Shown in pieces: positions 25,343 through 36,257 of a DNA stretch of 52,769 nt (position 1 is its first letter; each line of letters opens with the position of its first letter). The notes under the pieces were generated by a model. It had not been told where the DNA came from. It did no database searches and saw only the letters and a program-made list of their open reading frames with translations. The stretch is from Chromera velia (taxonomy: Eukaryota): the NCBI GenBank assembly GCA_018398765.1, contig JAHBMJ010000244.1, positions 1-52,769 on the forward strand. Reading direction: 5' to 3'. Made by a program: the position numbers and the translations under genes.

Positions 25343-26020
25343 AATAGATATGCACGAGGTAATCTCTCATCACTGAAGTATGGAGCTGCAGAAAAAGTGT
25401 GGAAAGATGATTTAATAACCGCCTTGATAACCGCTTTCTACGTAGACTAACTAGATATATCTTAATATCCGCCGTCGAGCAGCTTAGCACTCTCCTGAGG
25501 GGGGTGGCATATCGATGTGGATCGAAGAAATCCAAATAAACTACAAAAAATGAAGTATAAAAAGGTTATGCAAGCTTATTAGCTATCTCTGCCCTAATGA
25601 GACCTTTGCTAGACTTCCTTGGTTACATACAACTCCCAAGAACCTAGGCAAGAACCGGGATGGCTAGCAGTCTTGGATATGAAACGTCAGAGGGAAACGA
25701 AGTGCATAGGTTATTGTTATAAAGGCTGGCCTACCTATATTCTTCTACTTATCCGTAGAATAAGCTTCAGCACTGCGCATGATGTCGCACAGGCTACAAA
25801 AAGGTAAAAAAGAGTCTAAAACGGTCTGAAAGACTGATTTCCAGCTTTGCTGGCCTGAGTTTGTTGCATGGATGCAGCTAGTGAGTATGGTGTACAAGCT
25901 AGGTGTACAAGGGTCACCGAAGGCGCACAGCTTCAGCACTATGCAGTCTTAAATCTTCGAATTAGATTGAAGGTTTTTGTTCATGCATGCCGCGTCCCCA
26001 TATATGAGAGGCGGGTCTAA
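25343..26020 (+). pseudogene. Possible element ORF D, divergent from the primase, heavily decayed
   Basis: One frame gives protein-like text for about 225 codons (includes ORF 25619-25807) if its ~11 stops are read as Q/R/W. No domain recognised. Confidence 0.3.
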
Positions 26021-28649
26021 CCTAGTTTGTCGATTTGTTCCATCCTACGACTACCAGCGACGAAAATAGGCGTAACTTCGATCATCCTGATACAGCTGAT
26101 CAATCGCGGCCTCACAACAGGTTGGACAATCAAAAGAGAAAGAAAAGAGACAGAAGGGATGCAGGGCAGAACCTTCGAAACCCTTCAGTTCTTTCATTGA
26201 AAAAAGGCTACCCTTTTAATCAGAAAGACTTGAATTGTGCAGAGGTGCATCCTGCACGTCTTCCATCCCTTCAAAGAACTCCTGCTTTAAACACCCCATC
26301 AAAACTCTTTCTTTAAACTCAGTTCCCAAAACTTTTCCGATTCATTTGCTTGCACTTTTACCCATCCCTCTTCTGTCTTCTCGCATTGCCAAAGAAATTC
26401 TTTCAGTTTGCGCCCTCCCGGTCAAAAGACCCGGAAAACGCGGCCACTTCCCTCCCGAGCAGACCCTCGGGCTGGAAGGGGCCCCTTGTGCCCCTCCTGC
26501 TATGGATGGAGGACAGAAGGTTTGCTGCGACAAAACGCTGCAGAGTGCAGGACAAGAGCTTGTAGTAGTGGTCCATCAACCTTGCTTGGACTGCTTCGTC
26601 TCCCTCCCCACCCCTCACCCTCCCTGCCCCCAACTTTGCCACTTCCTTCAAAAACCTTAAATCTTCGAATTTGACGTCCGCCAGCACCTTGGAAAGCAGA
26701 CAGAAATAAATTCGAAAACAACTGCAAAAAGCAGTCAGAAGTGCTAGACTTGGCGTGAAGCCGGAGATGTTGTGAACAGACGTACGTGCTGAATTTAGAC
26801 TGACTTCTGCTTCAACACCGTGAAAACCACACCGAAGCGACGACCAAAAGCATCATGCGCCAAAACTTCACCAGAAAAGCTGCGTACACGGATGATCCGC
26901 ACGCAAAGGAGGCATACATATGGAATCAGAGAGTGCTCTGTGACTAGGAGTACTCAGGTTGGGTGCTAGGTGATGAAGGCGCCACAGCCTGTCTAAGGAT
27001 TGATGACATCAAGCCCATGCATGGCTTCTCAGAACCAGACTGTATATGGGCTAAAGAGCAAGCTCCGTGACAGAAAACAGTGGCCGTTGAGGAAAAAGAA
27101 TGAGTTTGAGAGCGGAAAGCCAGCTGACCATGAGGTGGGTTCGCAGAGAGACGCGGTCTCGACAACAGTTGTTCGAGATGGGCCATGATGTCTGGCCTTT
27201 CTGACCAACACATCGATAGAGCGATTCGTGTTCATGACCGGGGAAGCAGAGCGCTACCGAGCGGTGAAGTATGCCAAAGTGGCTGCAACCGACTTAAGGA
27301 TTCTGCAGACGGCAGAAGAGAGATATAGAGGGAATTGGGCCATGCTCAACAGCTGGGTGTTGCGCGGTGTTGCTCACCGATCGAACCATTCTTTTTGAGC
27401 TCAGGAGGAGCACAGCCTACCACGCGACTAGCCGGATGTTCAATACTGTCCCAATGGGTGCTCTTATCGATGCACGCTTCCCTACGCACACTCCCCACGT
27501 GTGCGATAAAGGTCAAAGCAGCCTCTTTAGGGGGGAGGTGCCAGCGTGTCATCACGAGCGATTGGACGGACCCGTCTCCGTAGGCCTGGACGATCGGCGC
27601 GGGCGATTCCTTCGGTGTGCGCGCGGCAGGGTAGCGCCGCGACCCCCGGCCGGCACGGTACAACCGAATTCGGGCGAATTTACAATCCTGTACACGGAAC
27701 TCCCATGCTCTTTAGATAGACGTACGGGCAACAACCCGATTTGCTGACTTAAAGAGGACCGCAACTCTGTATGCAGACTGCAGAATTCCTTGTCCCGGAA
27801 TCGCCGTAGTGTCTCTCGACAACTCTACATCGCGTCCAGCAGCTATCGGGACGCTGGGAAGCGAGACTAGATCCGTTGTTTTCCCTTACTGCCGCTGGGT
27901 GTGCTTGGGTTGATGGGGGCAAGGAGGCATTTCCTACCACGAGTGGAGGCCTCTCGGTGGGCAGCGACTCAGAGAGTAGCAACAACTCGGGGAAGCGCGA
28001 GATTTTGTAGTGGGGGGGAGGAGGAAGTCGGGGGGGCAGGTTTGGAGTGGACGCTGAGGGCGTCAGTCTTGTTCCGTCTCTGCTTGGACGGGGACGTCTG
28101 CAACCAACACATTGGGTCGAGGCCTGCTCCGAAACTTCATGAGGAGGGCACCCACGAGTACACCGGTGGGGATTTTGATCAGGGGCTGGACTGTGGAACA
28201 AGAAGGCAGGTGCTCTTGGATGAGCAGAAACTGTCTGACTGGCGAGATGTTGACGAGACGGGTCCGTCGTGAAGCCTGCCTGTTGTGTTCCCAGCCCTAG
28301 TCCCAGCCTTGCGTGCTCCTCGATTCCTGTGCTCACTCGCCCAAGTTGTTCTTCCCCTTCCCGCTCTTTTGTCCTGACCCTCAAGCTCAAAGACCTCCCT
28401 ACTCTTTTTACTTCTTTCTGCTCCCCTGCTACCCCTTCTGCCCGTTGGGTTCTTTCCTCTCTTCTTCCCGATCGACCTCCAAGCACCCAGCTCTACGTGT
28501 GGTGCCCTGTTCTTCTGCCCTTCGCTCCCTCCATAGTCCTGCCTGTCCCATCCCCTTCTGCGCTTGTCTCCCGTGGTTCCTCCTTCCCCCCTGTGGTTCG
28601 GACCTCACCCCCCTCCTGTCTCTGCTTGCGTCCTCGGTCCAACCATACT

Positions 28650-29230
28650 TGCCCTTCGTTCCCCCTGCCGTTTTGTCCTCACCTCTTGCCCCCTGTTTGT
28701 CTTCTAGCCATGCCCTTCGTTCCCTCCTGCCGTTCTGTCCTCACCTCTCGCCCCTGTTTCTCTGCCCTTCGTTGCCCCCTGCCTTTCTGTCCTCACCCTG
28801 TTTCTTTTCCAGCCATGCCCTTCGTTCCCCCCTGCCGGTCTGTCCTTGCCTCTTGCCCCCTGTTTCTCTTCCAGCCCTGCCCTTCGTTGCCCCCTGCCGT
28901 TCTGTCCTCGCCTCTTGCTCTTCCGGCCCTGCCCTTCGTTCCCCCCTGCCGTTCTGTCCTCACCTCTTGCTCTTCCAGCCCTGCCCTTCGTCCCCCCCTG
29001 CCCTTCTGTTGCCCCCTGTTCCTCTTCCAGCCCTGCCCTTCGTCCCCCCCTGCCCTTCTGTTGCCCCCTGTTCCTCTTCCAGCTCTGCCCTTCGTTCCCC
29101 CCTGCCGTTCTGTGCTCACCTCTTGCTCTTCCAGCCATGCCCTTCGTTCCCCCCCTGCCGTTCTGTCCTCACCTCTTGCTCTTCCAGTTCTGCCCTTCGT
29201 TCCCCCTTGCCGTTCTGTCCTCGCCCCCCC
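28650..29230. repeat. Pyrimidine-rich minisatellite, 11 units of about 52 bp (two 61-62 bp variants)
   Basis: tgcccttcg starts units at 28650, 28711, 28763, 28816, 28878, 28930, 28982, 29034, 29086, 29138 and 29191; consensus tgcccttcgttcccccctgccgttctgtcctcacctcttgctcttccagccc. Confidence 0.93.
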
Positions 29231-29684
29231 TTCGCAGTTCCGTCCTGTCCCTACCTCTTGGGACCTCCGCAGCCGATCACTGCCTCCCCCACTTCTTCTT
29301 GTGTCCCTCGAGCTGGGTCTTTCTCCAAAGGCCACATCATTTCTTCCCCTCCCCTTCCTGCAGGTGCCTGGGGGGAGCTCGGAGGGACCTTTGTCCTGCC
29401 CAAGCTGGGACTCCTGTCTGCAGCCCAACGAGAAGTGGTGGGTCACGCGTATCTGGCCTGTCGACGCGTTTTATCCGTTGGTGGACTGACGTCTTTCGCC
29501 CTCTGCGTGCAGCCTCTCGAGACTCCCATCGCCCCACGGGAAGTCGACCGGGACGCTTCTCCTTCTGCAGGTGCGTCCCCGATGGATGCTTTTGTCGCTT
29601 TTTGGTTTTCTGCCTGGCCAGGCAGGTCTCTCGGTTCTCTTTTGCATCGGTTCGAGTTGAGGCTGCAGTTCCCTTTCTTTCGGA

Positions 29685-29950
29685 GTGTCACCATCCGAAA
29701 AAGAAGCGTCATCCGGCTGTCACCACCATTTGAAGGTGAAAGCAGGGAGTCGGTGACAGTGGTGACAGTTGTGACACCGTTTTCAAAAACTTTCTTTTTC
29801 TATACAGCCCCCTATCTTCTTTTCTCTACGTACTTTTTCTAAAAAGGTGTCACTAGTGTCACAAGTGTCACCGGTGAGGTGCTTTCACCTTCTTGGGTTG
29901 GTGACACTTCGGTTCGAAGACCGTCACCCGCGGTTGGAAGTGTCACCTCT
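29685..29950. promoter_or_regulatory. Putative iteron-type replication origin: inverted GTGACA arrays flanking an AT-rich core
   Basis: GTGACA at 29753, 29762, 29771 (period 9); TGTCAC at 29848, 29857, 29866 (period 9). Arms 29751-29778 and 29846-29873 match at 24/28 as an inverted repeat around a 67-bp spacer of about 30% GC. Extra sites at ~29686, 29718, 29901, 29923 (GTCAC) and 29941. Function is inferred. Confidence 0.6.
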
Positions 29951-30430
29951 CTCTCTTGCCTCTGTGTCTGGCCTCTTTATCAGGCTCGAGCCTTCGAGCT
30001 CCTTCTTATTTCTTCTGCGTTGTCTGTGAGCCTTCTCCAACGGTTTTGCGGCGGCAGGAGCCCTTCCTTTCTCTTCCTTCCGGGCCTCCTGCCGCCCTCC
30101 TTCTCCCACACCTCCTCGATTTCCCCACTCCCCCTTCTCCTCTCTCCCCTGCTATTCGCCCCTGCTTCCCGCTCTCCTCCTGTTGCGATACCGGACTGCT
30201 CATGTCCCTCCTCCTTCGGTTCTCTGTGGCCCTGCGCTCTCTTCTGTTCTGTCTCGTCCTTTCCGCTCTTCCTCTTCTTCTTCGTCCTGTCTGCTTTTTT
30301 CCCCGCCTTTTTTAGCTGCCTCTAGCGATGCCCGCTTCTCGCACTGGGGGAAAGTGTATTTTCTTCTCTCACTATGGCCCTTTGCTTTCTTCTCAGCGCG
30401 TGTCGACTTTCTTTTGTGTCCTTGATGCAG

Positions 30431-33400
30431 ATCCCTGGGAGCGTCCTGAGGAGACCTTTGCCCTGCAGAACATGGGGCCGAAAGACGACTTCTGCCACTA
30501 CCTGTTCGCAACCCTACGACAAGAGGTGAGCCAGGCGTGCCAGGACCGTTTTTCTGTCCCGTCTTTGTTTGCGTGTCTCTGCCCCACCCTTGCTCTCAAT
30601 ATCTTTCTTGCTCGCCCTGGTACCCTGCGTGCAGCCTCTGGCCACTTCTGTCGTTCTCTTGGATGGCCGCGCGAGTCCTGCAGGTCGGTCTGCAGGCCAG
30701 CTGTCCCGCCCTCTTTCTGCTCTCTCCTTTCGCCCTCTCTGCCTTTTGTCTTGTCTGTCCGTCCGTCTGTCCTTTCTGTCTGGCCTGCTTTCCGCGTGAG
30801 TTTGTGTACCCATGTGCTGGCTGTCTCTTCCCGCGTTCCTGCTCCGAACCGCTTTCCTTTCCCTCCTGGCTCTTTGCAGGTCCCTGTGGGCGTCTTGATA
30901 GAAGCCCTGTGGGGAGGAAGGTGGCCCAGTCGAGCCAGGGTGCAGCCCAAGAGCTTCTTCAAGCGGTGAGTAGAGCATGCCTGCCCTGGTGATCTCAGGA
31001 TCTGTTGACTGCGCAGTCTGGTTCCAAGCAAGTCCTTCGCCATTGTGTATGTGTGTGCAGGCTTTCCCCACCTCCAGTCTGCTGCCAGATGAGCGGGACC
31101 GGGACCCTGCCAGAGGCAGTTCGATTCCTCCCAGAGGTGCGTCTGTCCTCCTTCGTTTTCTTTGGTGTCTGGGTAGTCTGCTCACTTGTGTTACACCGCT
31201 AGGTTACACCGCCTGATGCCCTTGTGTTGCTTGTCGTGCTCTGCTGGTTAAACTGTATGGTCATCCGGTTTCGATCTTCTCCTGCCCGTAAGTACAGAGA
31301 TGCATTTTCCTTCTATCTTCTCCCAGAGTTCTGTGTCTGCATGCGGTCTTTTGCGTGGGCCGTCTGGCCTTCGGCCTACTCGATCAATCATACAAAGGGG
31401 CCCTCTTTGCGACGTGCAGCTTGGGCGCTGTCGGGCAAGACGAGGAATCGGCTCGCCCACGTGTACAATGGGAACAGTGCGGGACAGGGGGGGGAGTCGG
31501 AGTTGGACGAGGTGAAGCGAAAAATCAGGCAGGTTGAGGCGGCAATGGAGGGAAAGACAGACCCTCAAGAGGTGGGGATCTACGGGGGCAGGTCCCAGGA
31601 GTTTTTGGAGAGAGAGCTGGGGCAGTTGAGGGAGGAGAAGAATCTCCTCCTCCGTCAGCAGCAGCAGCCGCAGCCCGGTAAGTGTTGACGCGTTCGTGTC
31701 TTGTCTTCGTCGCCTCTTCCTCTGTCTTCTTGGATGACCTCCTAGACCGTGAGGCAGGCCTCGTGCCTCGGCTGTGTGCGCTCTTTTCGTATGCCATCCG
31801 TCACCTTCAGAGACTTCGGTTCTCTGGCATTCTCCTGAGTCGCGTGTGACTCGTCTGGCACAACCTGGCTTCCGCTTCCCGGTTTTTTTCTTTTTCCGTC
31901 GCGACCTCGCCCGCACGAAAAATTATCCATCCTACATTCGGTGTCTCCATCTCTTTAAGTTGACATACGCGGGCCGTGTGTGACTGGTTGGTCGGCTGTT
32001 CAGTGGTCGGTGCATACGATCAGACAGCGTGCGTGCGTGCCATAAGAGCGTGTGTGCCTGCGTCAAGAGGCTTGGTCTTGGTCTGTCGACCTTTGAGTGT
32101 CTGCGGGCCTTTCCCGTTTTCTCCAGCATACGTTCGACGTCCCCAGATGGAACTGCGCGCGAATGCTCTGTGTGTGTGTGAGTGGCTGGCTGTGTGAGAC
32201 GCCTGAGCGCCGTGTCTGCGGGCTTCCCCCCTCTTTTTCTTTTTTCGTCGCCCGAACAAAAAATTTTCCATCATACATTCGGCATCTCCATCTCTTTAAG
32301 TTGAGATTCGCGTGTTGTGTGTGACTGTGGTCCAGCTGTTCTGTGGTGGGAAGGAACCGTAGGGAGTGTGGATGCGTGCCATGAGAGAAGTGCGTGTGTG
32401 CCTGCATCGAAAGGTCTGTTCTCGGTTCTGCGCGGTTCGTCGACACCGCAGTACCTGCGGGCCTTCTCTTTTTTTTTTCTCCTCATGTGAAAGACAAAGT
32501 CTCCACGATACATTCTACATCTCCATTTTCTATAGACGCGTGATGTGGGGTGTGTGGCAAGCATGCCGTTTGATCGGGTGTCCAGCTGTGAGGAACGGGT
32601 GTCGGAGTGCATGGTAGGTGCGTGCCTGACTCAACAAGTGTTTAAAGCTGGCCGGGGTTGTCGTGGGGCTTTTTCGCGTGTCATGCGGACGTGCCTGTGT
32701 GCCTCACCCCGGGTTCAACCGTGACCGCCGAGCAAGAGTGTGTGCCACTGCACTCATTTTTTTCTGTCGGTTTGCTTCTTTTTCCCTTTCCACATGGTCA
32801 CCGCCTGGGAAAATTTCGATTCGGGGACCAGCTTTGCAAGATATGTGCTGCCGCTTCCTTGCAGTGGACCGGGACCGCCTGACAACTATCCTGGAGAGGC
32901 TCGAAGGTGAGTGGATCGGCAGGGTTTGACCGTGATTTTTTGAACACACGTAGTGCATGATGTATTGGGTGACGCACCAATTGTCTTCTGCGTCCCAGTG
33001 CAGGAAGGACTGAGGAGGGCACCTGGAGGCAGTTCGTCTCATTCGCTCTCCAAGTGGGCGCGTTGGCCTTTTTGGTGGCATCGGCGGCTACCAGAAAAGG
33101 ACTTGTGATAGCAGATGACCTTGGCGCCCTTGCGGCGATGATCTCCCTGGCTCTCTTTGTGATTGCTACGGTGGAGAGGGGGTGCAAACTTTGCGGGAAA
33201 ATACGACGTGACGGGTGTCCACAGAAACGTCCAAAGTGCTGGAGTTGTCCGCCAAGGAGGCAAGAAGAAAGTACCCGTTCCCTTCTTGATGATGCACGTG
33301 GACTGCTGAATTCCACACGAAATCCGTTCGAGAGACCACATGATTCTTCACGGGTATTCGGGGTTCGGCGCAGTGTTTCCCATACTACTTCGCACAGTGC

Positions 33401-33461
33401 AGACACCGCTTCGCTACAGTTACCTCCTGATGCATCAATACCGGGAGTGTCTCGACCATGA
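30431..33461 (+). CDS. Spliced gene: helical header/coiled-coil segment, two predicted TM helices and a Cys-rich tail; unknown function
   Basis: Exons 30431-30525, 30880-30965 and 31061-31136 are phase-compatible. Then ~31329-31677 (ELDEVKRKIRQVEAAMEG..FLERELGQLREEKNLLLRQQQQPQP), 32865-32906 and 33004-33461 (FVSFALQVGALAFLVASAA; LGALAAMISLALFVIATV; CKLC, CWSC; TGA) join in frame. The 5' end and the link between the two exon groups are uncertain. Confidence 0.55.
31880..32620. repeat. Three degenerate direct repeats (about 250-340 bp spacing) inside an intron
   Basis: Motif tacattcgg..tctccatctctttaagttga..gtgtgtgactg..gctgtt at ~31933 and ~32274, with a more diverged copy at ~32508. Confidence 0.7.
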
Positions 33462-33681
33462 ATTTCAAACTCTGTCCATCATGATGCAGGTGCTGTATTT
33501 GTGAAAGTGTTAAAAAAAGTTTGTACCCGACGTGAGTTGACTTGACTTGATGCACCATCGCTCCGACATGCCCAACTCTAGGCCAAAACCAAGCAGAACC
33601 GTATGGGAGCCTCCCGAACCGGCCCGCATTGCATCAGACCAAGCGGCAAACGATTGATCGATCTGCGGGCTCTAAATTTAA

Positions 33682-34432
33682 ATGGCCATCGCAACGTTTT
33701 CTAGAAATAAAAAAATGAAAGCAACAAAAATCGAAACGATTTTCCCCGCTCCTATCCGAGCGCTTATTGCCGACTTCCTAGGCCCTCACCGCCTTAGCAG
33801 CAGTCTAATTATCCCTTTTCACCTTGTGCCGTTTATAACCGCTAGCACTCAAATTATCGAGGCTTCGATGAAGCTGCTCGATGCACTAGACGAAAGCTTA
33901 CTAGATGATGCCTTGGTAAGCCTAGCAGGGCCTGAGCCTCTTCCTAGTACGGCACTAGAGCGTGGCCTCCAAGCTACAGGCATTTTACAATGTGTGCAGA
34001 CTCTAGTGCATGTAGGTGGATAGTGGTTATGGGCTCTTTAAGCTCCAGGTATGGTTCATTTCTGCCTTTCTCCTTCTGCTGTCCCTTTTCGATATGAAGG
34101 GCTTTTAGAGCATATCACCGAGTCCTGCCTGCAGGTCCGTGTACAGACTGCAGTCTTAGCACAGCTTTTGGGAAACCTAGATTTTGATACCGTTGGTTCA
34201 CTAGCACCTCGATCTTTCAGTGTTAGCGCAACTTTGCTGCCCTCTAGAACTAGCGCGTAATGCGCACCATATTTTTGAAACGGGGGGGACCCTGGAGTCT
34301 CTTTTGCGGAATAAAAACGCCGACCTCCTGTGTTTTGATCGACGGGTTGCTGAGCATCTTCATAATTTAGTGTTGTGCATGCGGGATCACGCCGCATGGC
34401 TTATTACCTCTGCACCCCGCCCTGTAAGATAA
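33682..34432 (+). pseudogene. ORF A, copy 2
   Basis: ORF pieces 33682-34023, 34051-34260 and 34220-34432 are homologous to 20160-20906. Confidence 0.5.
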
Positions 34433-34445
34433 AAGGAAAAAAAAT

Positions 34446-36225
34446 ATGCCGGCCGGTGGAGCTATCATCTGTCTGATCAACGTAAACCGTCCAATTCTTT
34501 ATACACTGGAAAACCCGTTCCTAGCGTCCTCTTTGCTGGTCAAAATCGGTAGCGCGTTAAAGAACCTAGACCATAGACTAGACCAGTACCACTTGTGTTA
34601 TCCGTGGGGCTTCAACATAATCTGTATCTTAGTATTTCCGCCTGCGGTTATGCAAACGCGGTTGGATCATTTCGAACGGATACTTCTCGACTTATTGAGC
34701 GACTATAAGCTCAAAAGCACGGATTTTGGAGTCTCGCCAAGAATAGTTAATTAACATCTTTCATGCCAATATACTTACAACATTCCGGTCTTTTCGTGAC
34801 CGGGTCATGAAACAGGTTTACCGAATCGACGCGTATCTACTATGGTCTGATACGCACTTTTCGCCTGATTATAACCTTTATACAGAGTCAGTATTTTTAG
34901 ATAAAGAACACCAAATCCCGAAGAGCATTGCACTGCGTCAAGAGGAATCCAAAGCTAACCAGACAGCACGCCAGCGACAAAAAAAACGAGTAGATGAACA
35001 GGTTATGAGAATGAACGTTCAGGAATTACACTAGGCTTCTGGCTTTGACTACAAGGTCCAAGGAAGCGGCGATATCGATCCCTTTTACCAATACCTCAGA
35101 ATTAAAGGGATCCGTCCATCTCAAATCCGTAATACAGACGAAAAGTCTGACTTAATGACTTTCCAATCTTTTGACGATACAGAGTGGGAGATCAAAAAAA
35201 TTTTTGACTACGACGAGAGGCAAAACCAGTATAAAGTCCAATAGAAAGACTACCCATTAGGCCCAGACAATCTGCAATGGGTTCCGGCATCAAATTTCCA
35301 GGGCATCGGGGACCGCTTGCTCGTTGAGTACCATCATAAAGTGAGACAAGACGTCCAGCTGCTTGATGAGCGCTTGGTAGTCCTCGATTTTTCTGAAGTA
35401 GAGGATTTCATGGACCGCGCAGCTGCTGCTAGAATGCAGGAGCCAGAAATAAAGTTGGAGACCGGTGATAACACCCAGTCTTGCTCTACTACAAGCTTGT
35501 TGCCAAGCGTGGAGCTCAAAGACTTCCTGAAAACGCACCTCCCCCCGCATCTGCAGATTGAACTCGCAAATCTTCATCCTATATTTGACACAACAGAAAT
35601 GGGTGATCTCGAACCCATTGCTACCACCAGTGCGTCTGTCAGCTTCCTTACTCTACCTCAGCAACACCAGCCGCTGAATCCCTTCTCCTCTTGCCAAGAT
35701 GGCCATCAGTACCCCTGGATTGCATTAAGATGATCGTCTTTCTCTCCTATGGATGTTGAAGGTATAGCACAGCCCCCGAGGCATCTTTTGCAGCACAAAG
35801 GGCTCCGCAATGCTAATCAGAGTCTGGTTTCTCGTACGCGTATCTTTCGCCCCCCTTCTCCTCAATCTCCCCGTTGAATAAAGGCCTGTTCTTCACAGGC
35901 CCGCCCTGGTAGCTCCAGATTGAGCAGCGGTTCTTTACCTGCACAGAAGACAGAACCATCTAGAAGTCTACAAAAAGAGCTTGATGAGTTTATGGACAAG
36001 GACTAGAGACTATTGAACCTGCGTAAAAGAATACGCACTTTTCAAAAAAAGGTGTGCCGCGTCAATCATTGTTGCGTATGTATTTATAAAAGAGGGCCGC
36101 ATAAAAACCACAGAAGCACAATGATGCGCAATGCATCTCTACTGGGCTCGTTGTCCAAAAAAAATTTGAGATGGGCAGCGAAAGTGGTATTCACGCAAAC
36201 GAGGAGAACCTTATTGGCTGGCTGA
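34446..36225 (+). pseudogene. ORF B, copy 2 (T5orf172/GIY-YIG-like + chromodomain)
   Basis: ORF pieces 34446-34754, 34807-35034, 35317-35733 and 36013-36225; chromodomain EWEIKKIFDYDERQNQYKVQ*KDYPLGPDNLQWVPASNF at 35182-35300. Confidence 0.72.
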
Positions 36226-36257
36226 GCAGCGTATCAAGGCGCGTGCCACCTGTCACG

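Larger units (their letters stand above)
19307..26020. mobile_element. Copy 1 of an unclassified primase-helicase-encoding, virus-like element (right boundary uncertain; may extend to 33500)
   Basis: AT-rich, intronless, compact ORFs, unlike the flanking host gene. 19307-24751 aligns collinearly with 33501-38258. Encodes Prim-Pol/D5 helicase and GIY-YIG-chromo pseudogenes. Confidence 0.8.

Noticed and set aside
28650..29230. Possible CRISPR array
   Set aside because: Units are repeated end to end with no unique spacers; eukaryotic context and no cas genes.
28269..29842. Long ORFs of 406, 509 and 295 aa
   Set aside because: Produced by the stop-poor pyrimidine minisatellite; open in several frames with repetitive P/L/S/C composition.
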